Shown: positions 24,936 through 38,625, counted from the first letter of the stretch. The stretch: DNA of 61,272 nucleotides from Octopus sinensis (GCF_006345805.1 NW_021832583.1:1-61272), one strand, 5' to 3'. Program-made: numbers and translations. Notes: generated by a model not told the origin, from the letters alone.

Positions 24936-25239
24936 ATTATGTGTAACGTCTTCGCGCTCGCATCCACCATTTTGTGACTAACGGATCACAGCTGAGTTGT
25001 TGAGATTTGGTTGGTTGTTGCTACTTCGTAAGGTTTGTAGGTTAAACTTGAAGATTAGCAGAGAAATTCTTCAATGAATGATTAAATGAATGAATGAATG
25101 AATGAATGAATCAATCAATGAATGAGTGAGTGAGTAAGTGAATGAGTGAGTGAGTGATGTATCAAAGAAATGTGAGAATGATTAAAGTGACTGATTTGAG
25201 TAACTGCATCGAAGTCTTAGAAAATACAACGCGTAATAT

Positions 25240-28200
25240 ATAACACGGACACACACAAATACACACGGACACGCATACACGGACACACACACACACACAT
25301 GGACACACATACACGGACACACACACATGGGCAAACACACACACACACATACACATACACACGGACATACACACACACACACACGGACACATACACACAC
25401 ACGGACATACACATACACACACACATACGGACACACACACGGACACACACACACAGTGATAAATTGACGTACATGCAGTCACACACTCCTTCTCAAAAAA
25501 AACACGTACACACGCGGACACACACACACACACACGGGCACACACACACACACCACACACACACACACTGATGAATTGACATACATGCAGTCACACTCCC
25601 TCTCAAAAAAAAACACACGTACACATATACACACTTATGCACACGCACACACAATCACTGACATACTTGCGCATACATATACATACGCAGACATACGCGC
25701 ACACACATGCATGCACAATCAGACACATACACACTACACACTTACACACATATACACACACACGTGCATACACACGCAGACACATACGCACTTGCACACA
25801 CCTGCACACACACACACATGCACAGCTATAGGTGCACATACACACGCTTAGACATGCACATACACACACATAGACATGCACAAACACACACATACATATA
25901 CACCTACACCCACACACATCCATTGACGGATAAAATAAATTTAAGAAAGGAAATCCAAAGACAAACAGACAGAAGTGGTGATGGTGGTGGTGGGGAGGGC
26001 GAAGGGAACCTGTCGCTATTTCTAATGGAAATGCAACAGCGACGAACAGACGGACAGACAGACAGACAGACAAACACGCGCGCTGATATATACTGAGAGA
26101 GTTATAATTATACGAATGCACGCACGCACACACATGCACACACACGCACACACACAAACATACATTCATACGCGTACACACAAATATTCATATAGACTGA
26201 CACACACACACACACATACACACACACATACACACACACACAAACATACATTTACGCGCGTACACACAGACATTCATATACTCACACACACACACACATA
26301 CACACAAACATACATTCACGCGCGTACACACATTCATATTGACTCACACACACACACACACACAAACATTCATATACTCACACATACACACACACATACA
26401 CACAAACATACATTCATACGCGTACACACAAACATTCATATAGACTCACACACATACACACATACACACACATACAAACATACATACACACACACATACA
26501 CACAAACATACATATAGACTCACACACACACATACACACACACACATACACACAAACATACATTCATACGCGTACACACAAACATTCATATAGACTCACA
26601 CACATACACACATACACACACATACAAACATACATACACACACACATACACACAAACATTCATATAGACTCACACACACACACACACATACATAGACACA
26701 AACATACATTCATACGCGTACACACAAACGTTCATAGACTCACACACACACACACATACACACACACATACACACATACATACAAACATACATTCATACG
26801 CGTACACACAAAAATTCATATAGACACACACACACATACATTCATACGCGTACACACATTCATATAGACTCACACACACACACACACCACACACACACAC
26901 ATACACACAAACATACATTCACGTGCGTACACAAACATTCATATAGACTCAGACACACACACACGCACATTCACACACACGCAAGGGACACGCGCAGACA
27001 CAGAATCACACAGACATGACAGACACAAGCACAGATACACGTATGTACACACACACACACACACACAACACACACACACACACGGGCACACACACACACA
27101 CCACACACACACTGATGAATTGACATACATGCAGTCACACTCCCTCTCAAAAAAAAACACACGTACACATATACACACTTATGCACACGCACACACAATC
27201 ACTGACATACTTGCGCATACATATACATACGCAGACATACGCGCACACACATGCATGCACAATCAGACACATACACACTACACACTTACACACATATACA
27301 CACACACGTGCATACACACGCAGACACATACGCACTTGCACACACCTGCACACACACACACATGCACAGCTATAGGTGCACATACACACGCTTAGACATG
27401 CACATACACACACATAGACATGCACAAACACACACATACATATACACCTACACCCACACACATCCATTGACGGATAAAATAAATTTAAGAAAGGAAATCC
27501 AAAGACAAACAGACAGAAGTGGTGATGGTGGTGGTGGGGAGGGCGAAGGGAACCTGTCGCTATTTCTAATGGAAATGCAACAGCGACGAACAGACGGACA
27601 GACAGACAGACAGACAAACACGCGCGCTGATATATACTGAGAGAGTTATAATTATACGAATGCACGCACGCACACACATGCACACACACGCACACACACA
27701 AACATACATTCATACGCGTACACACAAATATTCATATAGACTGACACACACACACACACATACACACACACATACACACACACACAAACATACATTTACG
27801 CGCGTACACACAGACATTCATATACTCACACACACACACACATACACACAAACATACATTCACGCGCGTACACACATTCATATTGACTCACACACACACA
27901 CACCACACACACACATACACATACACACACATACACACACACATACACACAAACATACATTCATACGCGTACACACAACATTCATATAGACTCACACACA
28001 TACACACACATACACACAAACATACATTCATACGCGTACACACATTCATATTGACTCACACACACACACATACATAGACACAAACATACATTCATACGCG
28101 TACACACAAACATTCATATACTCACACACACACATACATTCATACGCGTACACACAAACATTCATATAGACTCACACACACCACACACACACACACCACA

Positions 28201-28625
28201 CACACACATACATACAAACATACATACACACACACATTCATATAGACTCACACACACACACACACATACATAGACACAAACATACATTCATACGCGTACA
28301 CACAAACGTTCATAGACTCACACACACACACACATACACACACACATACACACACACATACATACAAACATACATTCATACGCGTACACACAAAAATTCA
28401 TATAGACACACACACACATACATTCATACGCGTACACACATTCATATAGACTCACACACACACACACACATACACACACTCATACACACAAACATACATT
28501 CACGTGCGTACACAAACATTCATATAGACTCAGACACACACACACGCACATTCACACACACGCAAGGGACACGCGCAGACACAGAATCACACAGACATGA
28601 CAGACACAAGCACAGATACACGTAT

Positions 28626-28659
<34 letters not shown>

Positions 28660-28760
28660 GTACGGATTGACAAACACACATACTCAGGGACACATACATG
28701 CAAACACATAAATGCACAGGCAAACACACACGCGCGCACACACACACTTACGCACACGCA
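25240..28760. repeat. CA-rich region containing a tandem duplication of about 1.55 kb and a minisatellite of about 45-50 bp
   Basis: Identical ORFs offset by 1544 bp (25576 vs 27120; 25707 vs 27251); unit CACAAACATACATTCATACGCGTACACACAAACATTCATATAGACT. Confidence 0.92.
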
Positions 28761-29344
28761 AATATTCAAAGGGCTGCGCGCACACGCACACACTATTTTC
28801 CAAAGCGATCCCTATGACTAATAGAACGGCGCATTCCTTTCTTAGTGTTGAATACAAAGAGAAGAGAGGCTCGGGAGGGAGGGAGGGAGGCAGAGTGACA
28901 GAGAGAGAGAGAGAGGAGGGAGGAGAGAGATGGAAAGGGAGAGAGAGAGAGAGAGAGAGTAGGGGGAGGAAGGTGGACGGATGCAAGAAAATAAACAAAT
29001 GCACCAACAAATAAATAAATAAACAAATAAATAAATAAATCGGGAGGAAACTTAGAAAATTGGGGGTCGTGGTGGGAGTTAACAAGGGCAAAGCGAAGGG
29101 GAGGTGTAAGAGGAGTGGTAGAAGGGAAGGAAGGAGCGGGAAAGGTATTTTTAATGGAAGATAAAAGGACAGGAGCATCGGTTTGTGCGTGTGTGTGTGT
29201 GTGTGTTGTGTGTGTGTTGTGTGTGCGTGTGTGTGTGTGTGTGCACATTATATATATGTATATATATACAAATACGTCTATGTGTTTGTGTGTATATACA
29301 TATATAATAATATATGTGTGTGTGTATGCACATTATATATTATA

Positions 29345-29408
<64 letters not shown>

Positions 29409-29695
29409 TAGATAGATAGATAGATACACACACATGCACACATACAAAGATAAATTGATAGATACAACTGAGTGGGCAAACAAAAATATGAGACACAGCC
29501 TAGTGCTTTTTTATGTTGATAAGCCTAGTACTTACTCTATTAGTTTGTTCTTGCGAAACCAGTAAGTTATGTAGATGTAAATAAGTGAACAGCAGTTGTG
29601 AAGCAGTGATGAGGGCGACACACATACACTTACATATATACATACATATATATACGATTTATTTGTTACAGTTCCTGTCTACGAAATCCATATAT

Positions 29696-32410
29696 GTTGT
29701 TGTTGGCATCCTTTTTGTCTCGGGAGACAATGGAGTTGCGCATAAAATAATCTAGTCCGGCTTTTACATTTCATGTCCTAATACATCTCTTGCTGTGGCT
29801 GTGTAGTCCTATCCTGGACAAACACTCCCTCTGGCAGGTGCCGCAAATGTAGCGAAGACTGTTCCTGGCTGGTTGTAATGTCATAGTTTCTTGTTGACGT
29901 CTTTTCTTGTCTTTCCATTTCTCCTTTCTCACAATGTCACTCCTTTGTGTTTCCTCTTTTACGGTACGTCGCCAATCTCCACGGTTGCTGGCAACTGCTT
30001 CCCAGTTGGTAATATTGATGTTGCAGGCATTCATGTCCCTTTTGCAAACATCCTTGTATCGTAAGAACGGTCTTCCCACAGACCTAGTGCCCCTAGCAAG
30101 CTCTCCGTTGAGTATGTCCTTGGGGATTCTGCCATCTTCCATACGGCTAACATGCCCAAGCCATCTCATACGTATTTGTGTGAAGAGTGCAAACATGCTT
30201 GGTATTCCTGCTTGCTTGAGGATATCTTTGTTAGGGACATGATTCTGCCATTTGATGCGATGGATTTTCCGGAGACAGCGCAGGTGAAAGATATTTAGGC
30301 GACGTATGGCGTCGTACGGCGTGTGTATGGCGTCAAAGTCATACAGTAGAGTGCTAAGTACACATGCCTGGTAAATCTTCATTTTTGTGGTCTTGGTCAG
30401 CTTATTGTTGTCCCATGCGCGTTTGGTGAGTTGGGCCATCACAGCAGCTGCTTTGCCAATGCGTATATTGAGCTCAGCATCAAGGGATAGGTCGTAGGTG
30501 ACGGTAGAGCCAAGATAGGTAAACTTCTCCACCTCCTATACTCTGTGGTCTCCAATATGTATGTTTGGGATATCCGATGTAGCCTGACCCATGATGTTTG
30601 TCTTCTTGAGGCTGATAACTAAGCCAAAGTTGCCAAATGCTTGCTCAAAACAGTTGCTGAGCCTTCGTAGGGCTTCTTCTGTGTGTGATACCAGAGCGGC
30701 ATCATCAGCAAATAGTATCTCCTTGATCAGGACGCTTCTGAGATTTTGGTCTTGGCACGCAGACGCGAGAGATTGAACAGTTTCCCATCACTTCTACTGT
30801 GCAGAAACACTCCATCATCTGATGTCTCAAAGGCATGTGACAGCAGCAGCGAGAAGAAGATGCCAAATAATGTAGGAGCAAGGACACAACCTTGCTCTAC
30901 CCCATTTTTTATTTGGAAGGCGGCTGATGTTGAACCATTGTGCTGTATGGTGCCTTGCATATTAGCATGGAATGATTTGATGATCCTCAGCAGCTTTGGT
31001 GGACATCCAATTTTTTGGAGCAGGATGAAGAAGCCTTTTCTACTTACCAAGTCAAAGCCCTTTGTCAGATCAATGAAGGCCATATATAATGGCATGTTCC
31101 GCGCTCTGGACTTCTGAAGTTGGCGTATGGAGAATATCATGTCAATAGTTGACCTGCTTCTTCTAAAGCCACACTGCGATTCTGGATAAATTCGAGAAGC
31201 AATTAGTTGCAGCCTGGACTGGATAATGCGAGCAGAGGCCTTTCCAACTGTGCTTAGAAGAGATATTCCACGGTAATTGTTACAATCATCACGGTCACTT
31301 TTATTTTTGTAAAGCGTAATGATGTTAGCATCCCGCATATTCTGAGGGACTGTACCCTCTTACCAGCACTGACACAGAAGCTCATGAATGTGCCGAAGCA
31401 GGATGGTGTTTTTGCCGGTTTTGATGATCTCTAAGGGGATGCCGTCTTTTCCCGGAGCCTTGTTACTTGCTAGGGAGTCAATAGATTTGGTGAGCTTTGC
31501 TATAGATGGCAGACTGTCAAGTTCACACATGACTGGCAAGATCTTGACACCCTCGATTGCAGCCTCAGCTACCGTGGTCTCTCGTGAGTAGAGATCCTGG
31601 TAGTACTCCATCCATCTATCCATTTGCTTGCTTTGGTCCTTGATGAGATCTCCAGTAGTTGATTTCAGAGGGGCTGAGGTGGTTGCGGATGGACCGAGGG
31701 CCTTCTTCAAACCGGCATACATCCCACGGGTGTCGCCACTGTCAGTAGCTGACTGGATACTCTGACAGATTTCCTGTCAATACCCATTTGCACAGCGTCT
31801 GGCAGTCAGTTGGGTTTTATTTCTTGCCTTTCTGAGTTCTTCGAGTGACTTTGTAGAAGAATCGCTCTTGTATTGCATCAGAGCTGTACGCTTCGCTTCG
31901 ATAACTGTTTCCAGCTCTGAGAGCCCAGCACTGAACAAAATCTGGGTTTTACCTTTCTCTCATTCCGAAAGTATTTATTGATGTGGTATACAAAGCTTCC
32001 ATGATATAATTCCACCTACTTTCAGCAGAGGAGGTTGGGCAGCTACTGAGGGCAACCTTGATAGAAACAGCAAAACATTGTCGCAGTGTAGGGTCCGAGG
32101 TTCTGGCAGTGTTAATGCGTGGTTGGCTCATTTTCTTGGAGTGATGGACTTTTTTAGGCAGAATCCTCGCCCTTCTTATTAGTGAATGATCTGTGTCACA
32201 ATCCGCGCTACGGGTCAGTTGAACAGAATTCAGAAAGGATCTTCGTGTAATGATGAGATCCAACTGATGCCAGTGGTGAGATCTTAGATGTCTCCAAGAT
32301 ACATTGTGGGATGTCTTGTTGGGAAAGAATGTGTTGGTGATGCACAGGTTATGGTATGTGCAAAATTCAAGTAGTCTCTAGCCATTGTCATTCATGTTGC
32401 CAATGCTAAA
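29696..32410 (-). mobile_element. RTE-clade LINE, 5'-truncated within the APE endonuclease
   Basis: 3' end CCATTGTCTCCCGAGACAAAAAGGATGCC(AAC)n; EN, RT and C-terminal zinc-finger motifs in order. Confidence 0.95.
29771..32400 (-). pseudogene. RTE ORF2 (endonuclease/reverse transcriptase), frameshifted
   Basis: TNTFF..HWHQLDLIITR..DCDTDHSLI; KAPGKDGIP; NYRGISLLS; QCGFRRSRSTIDMIF; FIDLTKGFDLV; QGCVLAPTLF; LFADDAALV; YLGS; CGTCQRECLSRIGLHSH. Confidence 0.95.
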
Positions 32411-32574
32411 ACACATACACTTACATATATACATATATATACGATTGATTTGTTTCAGTTCCTGTCCACGAAATCCATGTATATATATATATATATATAT
32501 ATGTATGTACACACACACACACAAAGATAAATTGATAGATATAACTGAGTGGGCAAACAAAAATGTGAGACACT

Positions 32575-32870
32575 GCGTAGAGCTTTTTAAAATTTTGATA
32601 AGCCTGGTACTTATTCTATCAGTTTCTTCTTGTGAAACCAGTATGTTATGGGGATGTAAATAAACGAACACCAGTTGTGAAGCAGTGATGAGGGAGAAAC
32701 ACAAAGACACACACACAGACTTGCATACATACGTACATATATATACGATTGATTTCTTTCAGTTTCTGTCTACAAAATCCACTGACAAGGCTTTGGTTGG
32801 TCTCAGGCTATAGTAGAAGACACATGCCAAGTTACCACACAGTGGAACTGAACTGAGAACCATGCGTTTT
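32575..32870 (-). mobile_element. Old SINE family B copy (duplicated fragment at about 29500-29691)
   Basis: Decayed match to family B; upstream flank also duplicated (29445 vs 32522). Confidence 0.8.
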
Positions 32871-33171
32871 GGAACCATAAGAATACTTATGCATAAATCT
32901 AAAATCTTAAATAATTTCTTTGTTATTGTAGTATATATCAGTAAAAAATGGAATATTCCCAAAATTGCATAATTAACTAAATGATTTTCATTTCTTATTT
33001 AAACGTTTAAATAAGAATTTACCTCGAGAAAGGAACCCTGAGGAAGGAGGGCTGAATTTCGAATACTTCGTACAACAAACGGCTGCAGTTTAGGAAAAAA
33101 TTTTAATCGCCTCTTTCAATTTAGGTTTTTATTTTTCATGTTTTTATTTGTATTTCATTGTTATGTTTATA

Positions 33172-33737
33172 TTGGGTTGTCCGGAAAGTTCGTTCCGATT
33201 TTTAAAGGAAAGTACATGGTCACTAAATACTTGCCATTACATTTTTAATGAACCAAATCTGAACCATTTCGTTGCACAATACGTCTCCATCTTACCTTTA
33301 CCTTAAAAATACCCTCTTCCCAGAATTGGGGTGGTTTCGAGGCAAATAATTCATCAAGGTATCTTTTTACGTCATCTAAGGAATTGAAATTTTCACCATT
33401 AAGACTATTCTGCAGAGACCTGAATAAGTGGAAATCCGAAGGAGTAATATCTGGTGAATATAGAGGGTGGGGTAAGTCACCCCAGCCAAGCTGCAGCAAT
33501 TTTTGTCTGGTTCCCAAAGCAAAAAATGCCGATAATGAATTTTTCTCATCTTTTAATTTAAAGGGTTACAGAATTAACACAGGTTATTGGAACATAAACC
33601 TTCTTCCACGAAAAGATAGATTAAACTGTGCTCCAAATGGAGGTGTAGTCAAATCCTATTTTATGGACTCAAACATGTTCTAAAATAAGTCGAAAGATAA
33701 GCTACTATAAATCTGCAAGAACTTTCGGACAACCCAA
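33172..33737 (-). mobile_element. Internally deleted mariner (566 bp), TA TSD
   Basis: TIR TTGGGTTGTCCG(G)AAAGTT; N-terminal EKxIHYRH joined to C-terminal RQKLLQLGW..PHPLYSPDITPSDFHLFRSLQN. Confidence 0.9.
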
Positions 33738-34211
33738 TATTTCTATATTTTTATCATGAAATTCTTAATATAAATATGTGGATATTCGTATGGAATAATA
33801 CCTCATGTGCTACATCTGAATTTTCTTGTCTGAATGTTTTAAGACAAATATCCGAAATTTTTATCGTATACCACATTTTATTAATACTTAGCTCATATAC
33901 GGAGACAAAAATGTTGTACTATATACTGCAGGTTATCTCCATTAAAATTATATTTAGCATTAGAATTCTTCAAGTTGTATAAAAATGGTTATTGTCTGCA
34001 TCATTCGAAAGCGAAATAAATTTTGCATAAGGTGTAGAAGATAAAAATAATTTGTATGGTGTTAGTAACAAAATATTTTGTAAGAAATAGAACTTTTATC
34101 GTCTGTCTTAAATATATTTTCGCCAGTGTATATATCTCAGATCATCCCATAAGTTCTGTCTGAATTTTGGATAAATAATACAAGCGATCAAATGTTATAT
34201 TTAATTGAAAG

Positions 34212-35148
34212 TTAATCATCAATGTACTTTCCCTAATTATCTATGACTTACCTCCATCTATTTACAAGCTTTTTAATCCCATCAACGTAAAACTCTTTTG
34301 GTTTCAAAGCGAAGAACTCTGAAATGTCAGGTTCGACCTCCCCCTGACTTGCGAAAGTTGTATCCCCCTACTAATTCTGTAAACTATGAAACAAATGGTA
34401 TCCTGAAGGAGTAAGGTCGGGAGAATAAGTTGGATGAAGAAATTTTTCCAAACCGACCCCTTCGATCTTCTGTGATGTGATCTTTGCAGTGTGGGGTTGC
34501 GCATTGTCCTGATGAAACATCACTCGTTTTCGACTCACTAAAGCGGCTCTTTTTTCCTTCAAAGCTTGGTTCAAACGCTCTAATTGCTGACAGTAGACTT
34601 GAGCATTGATTGTTGCATTAGGTGGTAACAATATAAAGTGAGTTACGCCTTGAAGTTCCCTTCTCGGTTGTGGTTGAGAATTTTCCCTTTTACCAAGCCA
34701 CTGTTTACGACGTCTAACATTTCGATAGAAAATCCATTTTTCATCACAAGTCTATCGAAAAATGGTGAAATGAGTTTGCGAGAATGGAGAGAAGAGCAGA
34801 TGCCAACTCGGGATTTGCGGTTGCTTTCGGACAATACATAAGGCACCTATTTTCCAAGTTTAGGAATCTTTCCACGTTGTTGTAGATGACGAAGAACTGT
34901 TGTATGGTTTGAAGTAAGCTTTATTGCCAATTCTTCAACTGATAATGCCTCAAGGAGCTTGTCAAACTCAACTGGACATCCTGTTCGATATTCATCTTCA
35001 ATTTTGCAGACGATCTCCTGCAAGTTCTTTCATTCGAGCACTTTGCCATAAACTGAGTGTATGTTTCGAGTCACTTCGGCAGCAGAGTTACCTTTATTGT
35101 ACTCATAAAGAATTATATGTGCCTTAAATGCTCCTTGGATACTTCCAT
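34212..35148 (-). pseudogene. Mariner transposase, frameshifted; third Asp mutated
   Basis: MEVSKEHLRH..YNKGNSAAE; HQDNAQPH-(34 aa)-YSPDLTPSGYHLF. Confidence 0.9.
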
Positions 35149-35179
35149 GTTGAAAGGGGTTTTAATCAAAGCAATTTTA

Positions 35180-36504
35180 GGGTGTCCACGAAGTCTGGGT
35201 TTATGGAAAAAAATCATAACATAAGAAATAATAATTTTCCTTTTTTACTTTTGTTTAAATTAAAAAAAAAAAAACTTTACTTTTCTAAATTTATTTGTTA
35301 TTTTTTCTACAGATGATCGAATGATGGCTCTGTCTAAAGAAGAAAGAATCCCAGATCGAATGATGAATCTGTCTAAAGAAGAAAGAATCGAGTTAGTATT
35401 ATTAAGTGGACGAGAGGGATGGTCTTATCGCAAAATTGCGGAAGAATTTAATCTTCTACACCCTTGTAGGCAACCTATTTATTTTACTGCCGTCAGGAAA
35501 TTGATCAAGACATTTAAAGAAACAGGCAGTGTTTCGGATAAACCCCGTTCCGGGCGACCAAAGACTTCAGATGAAACTAAAGAGGCTGTCGAGGCTAATG
35601 TTTCTGCTAGCTAGCCCCAAAAAATCACTTCGTCGGACATCTACGGTGTTAGGTGTTCCAAAACCAACCATCCACAAAATGCTGGTTGAGGAAAAGTTTC
35701 ATCGATACAACCTACAGATATTGCATCACTTAAATGAAGACGATCCTGATAGACGAATGTAGACGTGCGAATGGTTTTCAGATAAATTGGATGAAAATAT
35801 CAATTTTACGAAAAACTTTGTGTTGTTCAGTGACAAAGCTACGTTTTATGTAAATGGTGAGGTCAACAGACAGAATCTTCTATACTGGTCTCGAGGTAAT
35901 CCACATTGGATGGATCTATCCAAACAGCAAGACAGCAAAAAGGTGATGGTGTGGTGTGGTTTTTGGAAAGCTCATGTTCTAGGACCCTTCTTCATTGAAC
36001 ATGTAACGGATGAGACTTATGCAAATATATTGAGAGACAAATTAATATCTTAAATTGAGCGCCTAGGCGAGGGCCTTCCGAATTGGTTTCAGCAGGATGG
36101 GGCCCCTACCCATTTTGCCACAACTGTTAGAGATTGATTTAATGACACTTTTTCCCCTCTCTAGATTGGAAGAAGGGGTCATATGGAATGGTCTCCTCGT
36201 TCACCAGACCTTTCTCCCCTTGATTTCTTTTTCTGGGGTATGTTGAAAGAGAAAGTTTACTCAATAAAGATTACAGATTTAAAACACACGAGAGAACGCA
36301 TTACCAGTCAGTGTGCTGAAATTGATGGCAATGTAGACTTATTTAATCAAGTTCACCTGAATTTTGCAAGGCGCATCAAGTTATGCATTGAAAATGATGG
36401 AAATCACTTTGAAAATATTATTTATTAACATTATAATTAAATAAATTGTTTTGTTTTTAAAGTATGTGTTAATTCCCATGTACGCAGACTTTGTGGACAC
36501 CGTC
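35180..36504 (+). mobile_element. Tc1/mariner DD41D (rosa/Visitor-type) element, TA TSD
   Basis: TIR GGTGTCCAC(G/A)AAGTCTG; TA at 35178-79 and 36505-06. Confidence 0.9.
35321..36428 (+). pseudogene. DD41D transposase with several stops
   Basis: HTH region ERIELVLL..FKETGSVSDKPRSGRP; FSD; WFQQDGAPTH-(41 aa counted)-WSPRSPDLSPLDFFFWG; two Trp-to-stop codons; 39-bp duplication at the start. Confidence 0.9.
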
Positions 36505-37359
36505 TATTATTATGTAAAACAATATTGAATTAGTTTAAACGTACACAAATGCATAAAAATAATTTTTAATTGAATTAGACATTTGCAAATACTATTAAAT
36601 TTCATTCAAATCTAAAAAACAGGTAAAATTGGACAGAACTGACTGGATGACTTGATATATATAATCTATGATATTCTAGTAAGTTTCAAGTTTATAACAC
36701 CTTGATATCTCATGTTATCTCATTTTATATGCCTAAGACGTTTATTTTCTATTCTGGTTTTTATATATTTCTATACATTATATTTGTATCTATAATTTAT
36801 TTTAAGCCGAAACATAATACGATCCTTGTACGAACGAAAGAACAAGAATGTCCTCTGGAACGTTTATCTTCCACCGGCATTTGTAATCGATGGTGACATG
36901 TGCGATGATTTTGCGACAATCTTATATTTTACAGAGAAATTGGAAGCCCCGAATGTAAGTAAGCGCCTTATGCATAATTCAATATTTATAGTTCTCTATT
37001 TCTAACAGAAATTCTGTCCTCAATAACTATAGATCTATTTCTGAATGTAACTCTTTTTCTTTTCGTTCATGCATTCCCGTCTGTCTCTTGACAAAGCTTT
37101 CTTTCTGCAGCGTTCACCACATCACCTCGTTAGGGTTAAACAGCCCTTAGCGAAAATTTTGACTGTCCTGATTTTGTTAGCAGCTTTGACGTTCCACGTA
37201 TGTCAAATTTTATCTAATTTGCTTTGGGGGAGCAATTGCTTTAACGAAGACGCATCTTGTTGCAATGCGGTGTTAGTAAAACTGCCAACAAACTGATGAG
37301 GGTTTTTTTTTTATATGCTTCCTCCACGCTATAGATCTCTATGTAATTAAATTTTTTTT

Positions 37360-38625
37360 GAGCCGAGCCGAGCCGAGCCGAGCCGAGCCGAGCCGAGCCG
37401 AGCCGAGCCGAGCCGAGCCGAGCCGAGCCGAGCCGAGCCGAGCCGAGCCGAGCCGAGCCGAGCCGAGCCGAGCCGAGCCGAGCCGAGCCGAGCCGAGCCG
37501 AGCCGAGCCGAGCCGAGCCGAGCCGAGCCGATCCGAGCCGAGCCGAGCCGAGCCGAGCCGAGCCGAGCCGAGCCGAGCCGAGCCGAGCCGAGCCGATCCT
37601 AGCCGAGCCGAGCCGAGCCGAGCCGAGCCGAGCCGAGCCGAGCCGAGCCGAGCCGAGCCGAGCCGAGCCGAGCCGAGCCGAGCCGAGCCGAGCCGAGCCG
37701 AGCCGAGCCGAGCCGAGCCGAGCCGAGCCGAGCCGAGCCGAGCCGACCGAGCCGAGCCGAGCCGAGCCGAGCCGAGCCGAGCCGACCGAGCCGAGCCGAG
37801 CCGAGCGAGCCGAGCCGAGCCGAGCCGAGCCGAGCCGAGCCGAGCCGAGCCGAGCCGAGCCGAGCCGGAGCCGAGCCGAGCCGAGCCGAGCCGAGCCGAG
37901 CCCGAAGCCGAGCCGAGCCGAGCCGAGCCGAGCCGAGCCGAGCCGAGCCGAGCCGAGCCGAGCCGAGCCGAGCCGAGCCGAGCCGAGCCGAGCCGAGCCG
38001 AGCCGAGCCGAGCCGACCGAGCCGAGCCGAGCCGAGCCTAGCCGAGCCGAGCCGAGCCGAGCCAGCGACCGAGCCGAGCCGAGCGAGCCGAGCCGAGCGA
38101 GCCGAGCCGAGCCGAGCCCGAAGCCGAGCCGAGCCGAGCCGAGCCCGAGCCGAGCCGAGCCGAGCCGAGCCGAGCCGAGCCGAGCCAGCCGAGCCGAGCC
38201 GAGCCGAGCCGAGCCGAGCCGAGCCGAGCCGAGCCGAGCCGAGCCGAGCCGAGCCGATCCGAGCCGAGCCAGCCGAGCCGAGCCGACCGAGCCGAGCCGA
38301 GCCGAGCCGAGCCGAGCCGAGCCGAGCCGAGCCGAGCCGAGCCGAGCCGAGCCGAGCCGAGCCGACCGAGCCGAGACCGACCGAGCCGAGCCGTCCGAGC
38401 CGAGCCGAGCCGAGCCGAGCCGAGCCGAGCCGAGCCGAGCCGAGCCGAGCCGAGCCGAGCCGACCGGCCGAGCCGAGCCGAGCCGAGCCGAGCCGAGCCG
38501 AGCCGAGCCGAGCCGAGCCGAGCCGAGCCGAGCCGAGCCGAGCCGAGCCGAGCCGAGCCGAGCCGAGCCGAGCCGAGCCGAGCCGAGCCGAGCCGAGCCG
38601 AGCCGAGCCGAGCCGAGCCGAGCCG
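37360..38625. repeat. (GAGCC)n pentanucleotide array, about 250 units
   Basis: Direct reading; sporadic indel and point variants. Confidence 0.97.

Larger units (their letters stand above)
34137..36655 (-). mobile_element. DD34D mariner hosting a nested element in its 5' leader
   Basis: Degenerate TIRs TCA(GA/AG)TCATCC...AGTTCTGTC; transposase remnant at 34212-35148. Confidence 0.85.

Noticed and set aside
37360-38625. Immunoglobulin switch-region-like pentamer
   Set aside because: Switch repeats are GAGCT/GGGGT-type (AGCT hotspots); GAGCC lacks AGCT, and molluscs have no class switching.
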